From Coriobacteriia bacterium (GTDB taxonomy: Bacteria; Actinomycetota; Coriobacteriia; WRKU01; WQUG01), in the NCBI GenBank assembly GCA_009778715.1, contig WRFR01000002.1, forward strand, positions 45,598-109,597: 64,000 bases of DNA. The letters are read 5' to 3'. Position 1 is the first letter of the stretch. Every line of letters begins with the position of its first letter. A program made the position numbers and the translations under genes. The notes under the pieces were generated by a model. The model saw nothing but the letters and a program-made list of their open reading frames with translations, was not told where the DNA came from and searched no databases. Shown in pieces: positions 1-11,551 of this stretch.

Positions 1-566
<566 letters not shown>

Positions 567-568
567 TC

Positions 569-577
569 ATCATACCA
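569..577 (-). promoter_or_regulatory. Candidate extended -10 element (TGGTATGAT) driving the pyrR leader
   Basis: The reverse complement of 569-577 reads TGGTATGAT (TGnTATGAT). It lies about 15 nt upstream of the start of the PyrR binding loop. Confidence 0.4.
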
Positions 578-661
578 TAAGTTTTTGCGCTGATTGTGGT
601 AAAAATTTATGAAAAAAACGGAATAGCAAAATGGAAGTTTAAGCGAAATATACCCTTAGAA

Positions 662-1243
662 TTAGAGCCCGCTAATGCGTTTTTCCAGTTCCCACAAATG
701 ACAATCCTTAAACTTCTTTCCGCTGCCGCAAAAGCATGGGTCATTTCGTCCAAGATTACTTACGATGCTCTGGTCGTGCTGTTTAACGTAATCAATGGTT
801 TCAGTCGATGGTGTCCGGAATGAAAACCGTGAATGACCATCTTTATTAGTAAGCGCAAAATCACCTTGAGTTATGATGTCCATCCCAATGATCATATCGA
901 ACCCTTGGCGGTGTATATCCGCCTCCATGACTGGAACACCCGAGAAGCCAACATTATTGGGGAGCAAGATATTCACAATATAAGTATTGAGTAAACTTGA
1001 ACCTCCCGCATGCTGAACCTCAGCGGAACCACGCACAATAAGACCAAGATCGTTTGCGACTTCGTTAGACACACAAGATGATGTTGCTCCCGTATCCCAC
1101 AAGCCTTGTACCGTTTTCATTTTCGGTCTATTCTTTGGAGGATTATTAGGGTCGAATGCCTCTCCAACTGAAACATTCGTAATGAGCCGCTTGATCAGGT
1201 CGTCAGAGGCTATAGTAAACGGTCGATAAGTCGGAAGATACAT
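662..1243 (-). CDS. Retropepsin-like (clan AA) aspartic protease with a C-terminal SEC-C zinc-binding motif
   Basis: The 193-aa ORF has the catalytic WDTGATSS (D-T-G-A) motif and the second retropepsin motif FDMIIGMD. Its C-terminus GRNDPCFCGSGKKFKDCH is nearly identical to the SecA C-terminal zinc finger. Local composition is AT-rich. Confidence 0.8.
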   Translation of the reverse strand: MYLPTYRPFTIASDDLIKRLITNVSVGEAFDPNNPPKNRPKMKTVQGLWDTGATSSCVSNEVANDLGLIVRGSAEVQHAGGSSLLNTYIVNILLPNNVGFSGVPVMEADIHRQGFDMIIGMDIITQGDFALTNKDGHSRFSFRTPSTETIDYVKQHDQSIVSNLGRNDPCFCGSGKKFKDCHLWELEKRISGL

Positions 1244-1246
1244 AGC

Positions 1247-1486
1247 TTATACAAAAATTGGAAACGCCGAAGCGATACGCACAGGATAGGCATCAGTACG
1301 AGGGTCGCACATCTGGATCATCGCTTTGCCTGCTCCAAAACGATCATCGGCATATTTTACCGCCTCAAGTGCCGTGTCGAACACGCCCTCGATTGATTTA
1401 CCTTTGATTACCAGGAATTTATTCGGATACTTTTTAATCAACTCAGCCCGGTTTGCTTTGTAGTAGTCATACTCAACTTTGAACAT
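1247..1486 (-). CDS. Small 79-aa protein (DUF5678-like pattern), first gene of the protease cassette
   Basis: The ORF MFKVEYDYYKANRAELIKKYPNKFLVIKGKSIEGVFDTALEAVKYADDRFG.. has a GGAG SD upstream. Its stop is separated from the protease ATG by only 3 nt (TAA GCT ATG). The family assignment is from memory of the sequence pattern, not a search. Confidence 0.6.
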   Translation of the reverse strand: MFKVEYDYYKANRAELIKKYPNKFLVIKGKSIEGVFDTALEAVKYADDRFGAGKAMIQMCDPRTDAYPVRIASAFPIFV

Positions 1487-1544
1487 TTAAATCAACTCCA
1501 TGCCATTCGTGATCATTTGGCAAGCAAGCATATAGCTTATATCT

Positions 1545-1553
1545 ATTATAACA
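1545..1553 (-). promoter_or_regulatory. Extended -10 promoter element (TGTTATAAT) for the small-protein/protease cassette
   Basis: The reverse complement of 1545-1553 is TGTTATAAT, about 60 nt upstream of the 79-aa ORF start. A short inverted repeat ATATA-GCT-TATAT lies just downstream. Confidence 0.5.
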
Positions 1554-1575
1554 AGATTCTCAAACGCCTCACGCC

Positions 1576-1779
1576 TTATCCTTCGCCTTCGATGATCTTT
1601 ATCTCGTCATTGGTCAAGCCGTAAAGCTCATAGACCATCTGGTCGATCTGATGATTGAGCGCCTCAATTTCAGCGGATAGCTTTGCGAGAACAGGCTGCT
1701 GCTCATTCCATAAATCCAACAACCAAATCTTTGAATAGGTGTGAGTATAGATTTAAGAGCAGCAAAGAACTCAGTTGCA
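1576..1779 (-). pseudogene. C-terminal remnant of an RM/BREX-type N6-adenine DNA methyltransferase
   Basis: The minus-strand frame reads NATEFFAALKSILTYSKIWLLDLWNEQQPVLAKLSAEIEALNHQIDQMVYELYGLTNDEIKIIEGEG*. The ..VYELYGLT.EEI.II.. tail is typical of type I/IIG/BREX methyltransferase C-termini. There is no start codon. An in-frame TAA lies immediately upstream, and the same frame continues degraded to about 1860. Confidence 0.55.
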
Positions 1780-1937
1780 TTTTAGATTAGCCATAGGAAT
1801 ACTGCATCGCATGTTTTCGCGTCAACTGTGGTGAATCTATCGAGAACTTCCGTCAGGCAATGATGAAATCATGCAGGCGCCCGACGCGCTGTTAAGATGA
1901 AGGCGTACTATTCATTAGATCATTGCGAGGTGAGCGC

Positions 1938-2294
1938 ATGAAATACTCTATCCCTGAAAGCGATGCAGAGCTCCTGAAAGCCTGTCGCGTTGATGTCATG
2001 AAAGCGACCGGACCCGGTGGCCAAAGCGTTAACACCACCGACTCCGCCGTACGAATCACTCATAAAGAGAGCGGCATCACCACGCTGTCCCGCCGTGAGC
2101 GTAGTCAGCTTTTGAATAAGAGAGCTGCTCTGGGTCGTCTGCGCATACGCTTGATGGAGGCCAACTTTGAGGCAAAGCCCCGCAAGCGCACCCAGGTTCC
2201 CAAAACGGCCGACGAACGGCGCCTGGTAGAAAAACGCCAACTTGCCCAGAAGAAAGCGCAGCGCAAGTTACCCGTCGACGACGGCGAGCACTAA
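1938..2294 (+). CDS. arfB: ArfB-like class-I release-factor-domain protein (GGQ peptidyl-tRNA hydrolase, ribosome rescue)
   Basis: The product [42 protein letters not shown].. has a GGQ motif and a Lys/Arg-rich C-terminal tail, at about 118 aa. A GAGGTGA SD lies 5 nt before the ATG at 1938 (the track start 1923 is a TTG). Confidence 0.7.
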   Translation: MKYSIPESDAELLKACRVDVMKATGPGGQSVNTTDSAVRITHKESGITTLSRRERSQLLNKRAALGRLRIRLMEANFEAKPRKRTQVPKTADERRLVEKRQLAQKKAQRKLPVDDGEH

Positions 2295-2320
2295 GCTTAA
2301 AGCTCACTTCGTCCTGACTC

Positions 2321-3550
2321 TTAACTCAACGCGCGGCTTAAGATCGGAGCAAAGAGCTCAATCTCTTTCTGAGTGGCTCCATTGCGCCGGGCAATATCTT
2401 TCCAAAAGATGAATGCAGCGCTCACTTCCTGCGCGATATCTTGAGCCTCCTCATCAGATAAGCCAAACCAGGCACGAGCGCCCCATAGCGCTGACCACTC
2501 ATCAGCGGCATCCACAACTCCGTCAATACTGGTCGCTCTTGTATGAGTGAGTACCGGCTCGGGGTTAATATCGAAAGCCGGGGAAAGGCGCCAGCCCCTC
2601 TTCCCGCGCAATAAACCGTGATTGCGCAGATGGTCATCAGTGTTATGAAGATATATCGAGACAAGGATACGGCGCCAGAGCTGCGCCAAGTCCTCTGCAG
2701 GAGCTTCGCTTACCGTCGCGAGAGTATCAGCGATCTCAACATAGTCACCCGATTGCCCATCGTCACGCTCTAAAAGCGTCAGCGCACTGATATATCCTAT
2801 GCGACGCGCCTGGAGATCTCGGTCAAAGCGCCGCAGCAACAGCACGCTTGACCCATCGATCGTCAGCAGTCGGCTTTCTGGCACAGCAACGCCTGCTGCC
2901 CGGGCAAGATCAAGCGCGATTTTCTCCCAGCGCATGACATCCCATGCATCAGACGGATGGGGAAACTTAGCGATACTCAGCGCTTCCTTATCAAGAACCG
3001 ATGCTTTAGGGCGGGCGCCCCCAAGAGATGCGGTACCAGCATCGAGCAGCATCTTGACCGCAGCAAGATCGCTGGCTGTACCAAACGCGTCATGCGCCAC
3101 CTGAGTGGATGCAGCCAACAGTTCCGGCAACATGATGAGCTTAGGCACGGTGGTGTCCGCAGCTTCGAAATCTGCGCTCCCCTCCTGTTTGAACCGCAGC
3201 GCTCCCTGGCGCGTAAAGTCAGAGGTGCCCAGCAGATAATCGATATCCGTAAGCTCTCTTGGGTGACCGTTGCCCGCACCCCGGGAGGACATGAGCCGTT
3301 TCCTGATCAACTCGCGACCCCAACGATCAGGGCAGGCGTCTTTGAAACTGTAGGGCAAACCATCTGGGAAGCCGTGAGCCCCCTGGTCAAGAGGTAGCGC
3401 TGGTTCAAGGTCGTAAGCAGCCCGATCGGCGAGGTAATTGGGGTCATAGGAAAACGAGGTACTCAAGCGCCTGCCGCGAAAGTGTGTGAACAAGCTACCG
3501 GCAAAAAGCGTACGTCCACCGGTCTCTAACGAAACATCGATGCGACTCAT
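2321..3550 (-). CDS. hipA: HipA-family serine/threonine kinase toxin
   Basis: The 409-aa ORF has a HipA N-terminal pattern (..CPDRWGRELIRKR..) and the kinase core ..IYLHNTDDHLRNHGLL... It overlaps the upstream HTH gene by ATGA. Confidence 0.85.
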   Translation of the reverse strand: MSRIDVSLETGGRTLFAGSLFTHFRGRRLSTSFSYDPNYLADRAAYDLEPALPLDQGAHGFPDGLPYSFKDACPDRWGRELIRKRLMSSRGAGNGHPRELTDIDYLLGTSDFTRQGALRFKQEGSADFEAADTTVPKLIMLPELLAASTQVAHDAFGTASDLAAVKMLLDAGTASLGGARPKASVLDKEALSIAKFPHPSDAWDVMRWEKIALDLARAAGVAVPESRLLTIDGSSVLLLRRFDRDLQARRIGYISALTLLERDDGQSGDYVEIADTLATVSEAPAEDLAQLWRRILVSIYLHNTDDHLRNHGLLRGKRGWRLSPAFDINPEPVLTHTRATSIDGVVDAADEWSALWGARAWFGLSDEEAQDIAQEVSAAFIFWKDIARRNGATQKEIELFAPILSRALS

Positions 3551-3846
3551 GAGCGTACCCGTTCAGGCAAAGTCTGATCGGCGCGCGCTCGGCCGAAGTC
3601 AGTCTCATAAGGGTCAGTCGCCTGGCTCATACGATCAAGGATCCCGAGGGCATTCATGGTGCGCAATACCGCCTGGAAATTCACCGCGGCGTCACCCTGC
3701 TCGATACGACGCAAGGTCGATCGCGCTATCCCCGCCCGCTGTGAAAGCTGTTCTGCGGTAAGCCCGAGTAGCTTGCGCCACGTCTTGAGCTGTTCGCCGA
3801 CCTCTGATGCAGCTGCGAGTACTTTATGTGAAGCTGGTCGAACCAT
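3547..3846 (-). CDS. hipB: XRE-family HTH antitoxin (HipB-like)
   Basis: The 99-aa ORF contains LKTWRKLLGLTAEQLSQRAGIARSTLRRIEQGD (Cro/C1 HTH). It has a 4-nt overlap with hipA. Confidence 0.8.
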   Translation of the reverse strand: MVRPASHKVLAAASEVGEQLKTWRKLLGLTAEQLSQRAGIARSTLRRIEQGDAAVNFQAVLRTMNALGILDRMSQATDPYETDFGRARADQTLPERVRS

Positions 3847-3997
3847 TGAGACTCCTGACGATAATGAACATTTATATAAAGTATATCATATCGAGTGAGT
3901 TCTCAGTCACTATAGATGTTTATGGGTGTGCTTTCACCCTTTAAATAAGTGCTTTCTTCAATTCTCTCGTTGTCATTACCGAACACTTGCACAACAA

Positions 3998-4073
3998 AAT
4001 AATTTGAAATAATTATTGCCAAACAATAATTATGGTGTTACACTGAACTTCAGATTATCGATTAACAATAATT
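3998..4073 (+). promoter_or_regulatory. Cluster of four AATAATT direct repeats upstream of the DUF2975 gene (candidate operator)
   Basis: AATAATT occurs at 3998, 4008, 4025 and 4067. Copies 2 and 3 extend to AATAATTAT(T/G)G. The last copy abuts the GGAGG SD of the ORF starting at 4085. Confidence 0.35.
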
Positions 4074-4084
4074 TGGAGGCATTG

Positions 4085-5053
4085 ATGAAGCGCAGATGGT
4101 TTCTGGTACTGCTGGGAGTTGAGGCACTGATCTGCGTGGGGATCTGCCTTATCCAGGTGAAATTCGCTCACGTCTTTACGGTAGCCATAGCCTTTCCTTT
4201 TGAACAAATCGGAGCCATCTTGCGCTCGCTCTCTTTATCCAGCGGCCCCGGCAATGTGGCAGCCTTCGTGCTCTATATCGCGTTTTGTCTGATCCCCATC
4301 GCAGCTCTGCTCTTGCTTCGCACCAGGCGCAAACTTCAGGTAGAAGATGGATTACTGGGTTTATTGAGTGTTCTTTTGTTTATCGTCCTCTATATCATGA
4401 TCAATCCCGGATTATTCAACTCGGCCATGATCATTGGCGTTGGACAATCGATCGGAGGAGCGATGCTGGGAGTCATCGTGTACTCCGTGCTGTGTGGCTA
4501 TCTGGTTCTGCGCGCGCTGCGGTTGTTCACCACCGGAAACACAGAAAAACTCTTTTCGCATTTGGCCGTCATGGTCGGCCTGCTGGTCATAGTCTTCGTC
4601 TATCTGATATTTGGCGCTGCCTTTAATGGCCTGCTAAAGTCGATAACGGCCTTACGGACAGGCAATAGCGGTAATGAACACCTTCTGGGAATCAGCTACG
4701 TCTTCCTGGTGCTCCAGTTCCTGCTCAACGCGCTGCCCTACCTCCTGAGTATAGTGGTAGCCTTAGCAGCGTTGCGCCTGTTGGATGAGTTACGCACGGA
4801 TCGCTACTCCACCGCAACGCTGTCTGCGGCAGAGCAGATATCACGGCTCTGCGCCACTTCGCTGATCATCATGGTGCTCACTAACATCGGCTTCAATATC
4901 TTCCAACTCCTATTCTCAAAAACGCTCTTAAGCGCCAACTATTCAGTACAAATCCCTCTGTTCGCAATCACCTTTGCTCTTGTCGCTCTACTGCTCACCA
5001 GGCTGGTCGCCGAAAACAAGCAGCTCAAAGATGATAATGAAGGATTCATCTAG
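4085..5053 (+). CDS. Multi-pass membrane protein, DUF2975-like (partner of a YozG-type regulator)
   Basis: The ORF is hydrophobic with about 8 predicted TM stretches. A GGAGG SD lies before the ATG at 4085 (the track start 4016 is less likely). It is followed 8 nt later by the small HTH gene, the arrangement known for DUF2975/YozG pairs. Confidence 0.6.
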   Translation: MKRRWFLVLLGVEALICVGICLIQVKFAHVFTVAIAFPFEQIGAILRSLSLSSGPGNVAAFVLYIAFCLIPIAALLLLRTRRKLQVEDGLLGLLSVLLFIVLYIMINPGLFNSAMIIGVGQSIGGAMLGVIVYSVLCGYLVLRALRLFTTGNTEKLFSHLAVMVGLLVIVFVYLIFGAAFNGLLKSITALRTGNSGNEHLLGISYVFLVLQFLLNALPYLLSIVVALAALRLLDELRTDRYSTATLSAAEQISRLCATSLIIMVLTNIGFNIFQLLFSKTLLSANYSVQIPLFAITFALVALLLTRLVAENKQLKDDNEGFI

Positions 5054-5061
5054 GGGGCGCC

Positions 5062-5289
5062 ATGGCAATACGGATCACCTTAGATGACGTTCTGAAGGAG
5101 CGTGGTATGACCTCGAAGGAGCTCTGTACTCGCGTAGGAATCACAGAAGCGAACCTATCCATCTTGCGTAGCGGCAAAGCCAAAGGCGTGCGTTTTGGAA
5201 CGATAAATAAGATCTGTTGGTACCTGCAGTGTGATGTGGGAGACTTGTTGAGATTCGACGGAAAGCTGGAGAATGATGAAGAAAAATAG
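5062..5289 (+). CDS. YozG-type small XRE-family HTH transcriptional regulator
   Basis: The 75-aa product is MAIRITLDDVLKERGMTSKELCTRVGITEANLSILRSGKAKGVRFGTINKICWYLQCDVGDLLRF. This is the characteristic YozG-like pattern. Confidence 0.8.
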   Translation: MAIRITLDDVLKERGMTSKELCTRVGITEANLSILRSGKAKGVRFGTINKICWYLQCDVGDLLRFDGKLENDEEK

Positions 5290-6259
5290 GGTGGCGTCTA
5301 TCCTGTGTGTCGTAGTAATGCTTTGCCTGTTGTCGGGATGCAGTCTTGCTCAAAAGAGTGAGAGCGCCAACGCACAAAACGCAACGGGAGGAACGGGAGA
5401 TCGGCTTATCGGAGTGTTCATCACAACCAAGCCCCTTGATCTCTTTGATGATAATGGCTACGTTAATGACAACATCGATAGCATTATGAGCGGAAAGACC
5501 CCGTCGGAGGAAACTGCAAGCAAGTACGAAGGCCGTCTTTATGCCACAAAGCTGGCTGATTCAGGCACATCTCATCTATCAAGCGAAACCACTGACGCCC
5601 CAGATTTCTCCTTTAAAGGGGTCCCTGGTTTCGCCTTCTTTGCCCCCACTACCGGAAAAGGCGCCGACAGTTGCACAGAAAGCGTGGTTGATGCAGCTGT
5701 GAGTAATGTTTCCTTCGATGTGAGCGGAGGCGACCAAAAGCAAAGTCTCACCCTGAAAGGAACGATCTACCTGAGTGCCACTAGTAAAGACCGAATTTTC
5801 TATTCCAACCCGGTTTATCAAACTTCAAGCGACAAGGTTTACCTAATGGGCGGAGACGGCATGAATTTTGAAGCTGATAATCAGGTCGGCGACCTTGGGT
5901 CTCTGACGAAATCAGAAACTGACACGATCAAGGAGAATAGCAAATCTACGACGTATTCGATGAAGGTCACAGTCGACGTCAACGCCCAGTTCGCTCCACA
6001 AAAGATTGTCGTAGTGCAGATCGACGCGAACACTCATGTTTTGTCACGGACAGAATACCAGCCCGACGCCATGCCTGGAACCCTCACGGCCACCCGTGGC
6101 GCTGTTGCGCTCATCGTTGAGACCCATGCACAAACTACGACCGGAACTCCGCAAACCACACGCAAGCTCTATGACCGTGGCGTCGAAAGCTTTGATACGC
6201 TCTCAGCGCGAACCGATGGCATCTTGTTAAGTCACGAAACCAAAGTGACCTGGAAATAA
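5273..6259 (+). CDS. Lipoprotein of unknown function
   Basis: It has a signal peptide with a lipobox (MMKKNRVASILCVVVMLCLLSGC) and a Ser/Thr/Asp-rich mature part with no recognisable motif. It overlaps the HTH gene by 17 nt. Confidence 0.65.
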   Translation: MMKKNRVASILCVVVMLCLLSGCSLAQKSESANAQNATGGTGDRLIGVFITTKPLDLFDDNGYVNDNIDSIMSGKTPSEETASKYEGRLYATKLADSGTSHLSSETTDAPDFSFKGVPGFAFFAPTTGKGADSCTESVVDAAVSNVSFDVSGGDQKQSLTLKGTIYLSATSKDRIFYSNPVYQTSSDKVYLMGGDGMNFEADNQVGDLGSLTKSETDTIKENSKSTTYSMKVTVDVNAQFAPQKIVVVQIDANTHVLSRTEYQPDAMPGTLTATRGAVALIVETHAQTTTGTPQTTRKLYDRGVESFDTLSARTDGILLSHETKVTWK

Positions 6260-6275
6260 GTACGTCACCACGCGG

Positions 6276-8386
<2,111 letters not shown>

Positions 8387-8396
<10 letters not shown>

Positions 8397-9112
8397 AACG
8401 TATCGACCAGGTCGGAAACCGACTGATGCAGGGCCGCAAGGTCGTCAACGTTATCCAGGCAGTAATCAGCGCCAGCCAAATAGGCGCCCTCTTCGGGCTG
8501 TGCTGCCATGCGCGCCTGGGCGTCGCTGATGGAAAAACCCTTATCCCGCACCCGCTGCATACGCAGCTTACGGGGAGCAGAGACGGTCACGACCGCACCG
8601 TGCTCATGGGCCGCCCGCAGGTATTCAGAACCATAGCCCGGCGTACGTTCCAGCGTAGAAAACGGAAAGGGCGCTTCAAAGACACAGAAGTCGGCCGTGG
8701 CGTATTCAGCCAGCTGCGCTACCGCGCGCGTAAGTATCACCGGATGCGTGATGGCGTTGAGCGCCGTACGCGAGGCGGCATCAGCAAAGCCAGCAGTGGC
8801 AAGCGCGCGCCGATCAATATGGCCTGCCTTATCCAGAATCTGCTCTCCAAAAGATTTGACCAGGATGTCACAGAGCTTCTCGTCAGAATCCAGAAGCTCA
8901 TGACCAATAGTATCAAGAATGATCGTGCAGACTTCGTGTCCGCGGCCCGTAAGCTCATCGGTCACGAAGCGTGTCACGGTCGATTTTCCTGCCCCGAAGG
9001 GGCCACAGATGAACAATGTCATCTGTGGCACTGCGCTTGACGCGGCAGTATCGCGAACCGACGCCTGCACAGGGGCAGGCGTCGGATTAGCTTTACGTGG
9101 TCGGTCGATCAT
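8387..9112 (-). CDS. coaE: Dephospho-CoA kinase (start uncertain: 9112 with SD, or 9022 at MTLFICG)
   Basis: It has the P-loop [12 protein letters not shown] and the length and position typical of coaE upstream of uvrB, which it overlaps by 10 nt. GAGGAG lies upstream of the 9112 start. Confidence 0.75.
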
Positions 9113-9175
9113 AGCCAGATATTCTCCTCACAGTTCTATCTGACTCTAGCCTACCATGAAATGTTACCATTTCAC

Positions 9176-11551
9176 CTAAGCATCTTCATCGCCGGCAAAC
9201 TGCGAGTTGTACAGATCCGCATAGAAGCCGTTGGCCGCCAGCAACTGGTCATGGTTGCCCGACTCGACGATGCGCCCGTGGTTCATCACGAGGATCTGGT
9301 CCGCGTTGCGGATCGTTGAGAGCCGGTGCGCGATCACAAAGCTCGTACGCCCATGCATCAGGCGCTCCATGGCAGCCTGGATCAGCTGCTCGGTACGCGT
9401 ATCGACCGAGCTGGTTGCCTCGTCGAGGATAAGTATCGGAGCGTCTGCCAGGAAGGCGCGCGCGATCGTCAGCAGCTGACGCTGCCCAGCGGAGAGGTTG
9501 TTCGCGTCCTCCTGGATCTCGGTGTCATACCCGTGCGGCAGCGTACGGATGAAGTGATCTGCCAGCGCGGTATCAGCCGCCTGGATGATCTCATCTTCAG
9601 TCGCGTCATCCTTGCCATAGGCGATGTTCTCGCGGATGGTCCCGGAGTAGAGCCAGGTATCCTGCAACACCATGCCGAAGAGCTTGCGCACATCGGCGCG
9701 CCTCATGATGGAGGTATCGACCCCGTCGACCGTGATCGTGCCCGAGTTGACCTCGTAGAAGCGCATGAGCAAGTTGACGATCGTCGTCTTGCCGGCGCCG
9801 GTCGGGCCAACGATGGCGACCATCTTACCCGGCTCGGTCATCATATTCCAGTCACGGATGAGCGGCACCGAAGGATCGTAGTCGAAGTTGATGTCGGCAA
9901 CCTGAACGGCGCCCTGTGGGTTTTCGACCTCAGGGGCCTCAAGCGGATCCGGCGCCTCCTCCTTCTCATCGAGCAGGATAAAGACGCGCTCGGCCGCTGC
10001 CATTGAAGATTGGATGACATTGGCGATCTGAGCAATCTGCGTCATCGGTTGTTGAAACTGATTCAAATAGAGGATGAAGGCAGATATCCCGCCAACCGTC
10101 ATACCACCGATATTAGCGCCTAGGAAAAAGACTTTTGAACGTGTCAGGATGGCTGCAAGAACAACTATTACAACATACTGTAAGTTAACCGCGAAGATAA
10201 CCACCGGCCACAGTAAACTTGAAAGGAACTGGGCTTTCCAAGCGCTGTCATAGACAACTTCGTTTGTATCTTTGAAGGTGTTGATCGAGATCTTCTCGCG
10301 ATTAAAGGCCTTGATGATGTTGTGGCCACCGTAGTTCTCTTCGATCTGGCCGTTCAGTTCACCTAGTTGGTTCTGCTGACGCCCGAAGTAACGCTGTGCT
10401 TTTGGAGCAATAATCGCCGTCGCGATGAACGCTAGGGGAAGCACTATGCAAGACACCAGCGCAAGCAGCCAGTTGACGGTAAACATCATGATGATAATGC
10501 CGACCAACATAAGGACTGAAGTCATCGACTGCGACATGACATTCTGTAAGTTCGTACTCATCAGATCGATATCGATCGTCAGCTTCGAGAGGATCTCACC
10601 GTGGGTCTGACCATCAAAGAACTTCAACGGCAGGCGGTCGAGCTTCTCTGAGACCTGTCGACGCAGGCGCCGTACCAGCTCCTGAGTAACGCGCACTGTC
10701 ATGCGCTGCTGTAATGCAGAAAGCACCGAAGAAAACAGAACGATGGCCAACATGATGAGACCAATCTTGCCAATATAGCTGTAGTTCATCTTCGGTTTAG
10801 GGGCAAAACCTTTAGCAAGACCAATCATCTGACTGTCTGTCATGCTCTTGAACTTCGCTATCTGGGCCGACTGACTGCTGTTATTAGAGCCTGTCAAAGG
10901 TATGTTTGACATCGTTGCACCCAATGACTTCACTGTCGAGAGCCTCACGGAGTCGCTCTTGGCCGTCTTAAGCGCTTTGAACTTTTCTTCAACCTGAGAA
11001 CGTGCTGCTTCCAGCTGCTGTTTGCCAGCAGTTATTGCCGCCAAACCCTCTTCGACCCTAGCCTTTTGCGGAGCAAGCTGGGCTTGCGCTGCCGCCTGTT
11101 GTGTTGCGGGCAGTTTTGCGATCTGCGCTTCTTTTTCTGCAAGGGCTATCTGCCCTGCAGTGGCCTGTGCCAGCTTATCGTTTAATGTCTTTTCTGCAGA
11201 CGCGAAACCTGAGTTCACCTCAGATTGGATCTTTTGGGCTTCTGGATGAGTCATCGAGTAGGTCATGGATTGCACCACGTACGAGTAGATACTATTGACC
11301 GCATTCTCCATAACGCGCGGTACCGAAATCGTACAAGCGACTGCCGCAGCAGCAAAAATCACGATTAAGATCAGGGTGAATATGTCTTTTCTGAGCATCC
11401 CAAGTAAACGTTTGAGGGTGCCCATGAAGTCGGTTGCTTTTTCTCCTGATCCGACCATACCGCCGCCGCCGGGGCCACGCCGCGGACGCTGGGCTTGGAC
11501 AGCCCCAACATGTTTCTTTTGCTGAGTTTGGTTTTCATTTTCGTTAGGCAT
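9176..11551 (-). CDS. ABC exporter half-transporter (TMD-NBD, BmrD/LmrD-like) with a large insertion after TM1
   Basis: The N-terminus ..RGPGGGGMVGSGEKATDFMGTLKRLLG.. is followed by six-TM exporter topology, Walker A GPTGAGKTT, signature LSAGQRQ and Walker B ILILDEATS. The ATG at 11551 is preceded by GGAGGA and overlaps the upstream stop by 8 nt. An Ala/Gln/Lys-rich segment of about 180 aa (about 10775-11317) sits between TM1 and TM2. Confidence 0.85.
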   Translation of the reverse strand: MPNENENQTQQKKHVGAVQAQRPRRGPGGGGMVGSGEKATDFMGTLKRLLGMLRKDIFTLILIVIFAAAAVACTISVPRVMENAVNSIYSYVVQSMTYSMTHPEAQKIQSEVNSGFASAEKTLNDKLAQATAGQIALAEKEAQIAKLPATQQAAAQAQLAPQKARVEEGLAAITAGKQQLEAARSQVEEKFKALKTAKSDSVRLSTVKSLGATMSNIPLTGSNNSSQSAQIAKFKSMTDSQMIGLAKGFAPKPKMNYSYIGKIGLIMLAIVLFSSVLSALQQRMTVRVTQELVRRLRRQVSEKLDRLPLKFFDGQTHGEILSKLTIDIDLMSTNLQNVMSQSMTSVLMLVGIIIMMFTVNWLLALVSCIVLPLAFIATAIIAPKAQRYFGRQQNQLGELNGQIEENYGGHNIIKAFNREKISINTFKDTNEVVYDSAWKAQFLSSLLWPVVIFAVNLQYVVIVVLAAILTRSKVFFLGANIGGMTVGGISAFILYLNQFQQPMTQIAQIANVIQSSMAAAERVFILLDEKEEAPDPLEAPEVENPQGAVQVADINFDYDPSVPLIRDWNMMTEPGKMVAIVGPTGAGKTTIVNLLMRFYEVNSGTITVDGVDTSIMRRADVRKLFGMVLQDTWLYSGTIRENIAYGKDDATEDEIIQAADTALADHFIRTLPHGYDTEIQEDANNLSAGQRQLLTIARAFLADAPILILDEATSSVDTRTEQLIQAAMERLMHGRTSFVIAHRLSTIRNADQILVMNHGRIVESGNHDQLLAANGFYADLYNSQFAGDEDA

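Noticed and set aside
596-823. 75-aa plus ORF overlapping the 3' end of the protease gene
   Set aside because: It overlaps the well-supported SEC-C-encoding end of the minus-strand gene, has no SD and has no recognisable features.
1230-1300. Shared Y-x3/4-IAS motif at the C-terminus of the 79-aa protein (AYPVRIASAFP) and the N-terminus of the protease (TYRPFTIASDD), suggesting gene fission or a cleavage-site mimic
   Set aside because: The similarity is only 4-5 residues with a register shift, which is well within chance. It is kept only as a note for anyone aligning homologues.
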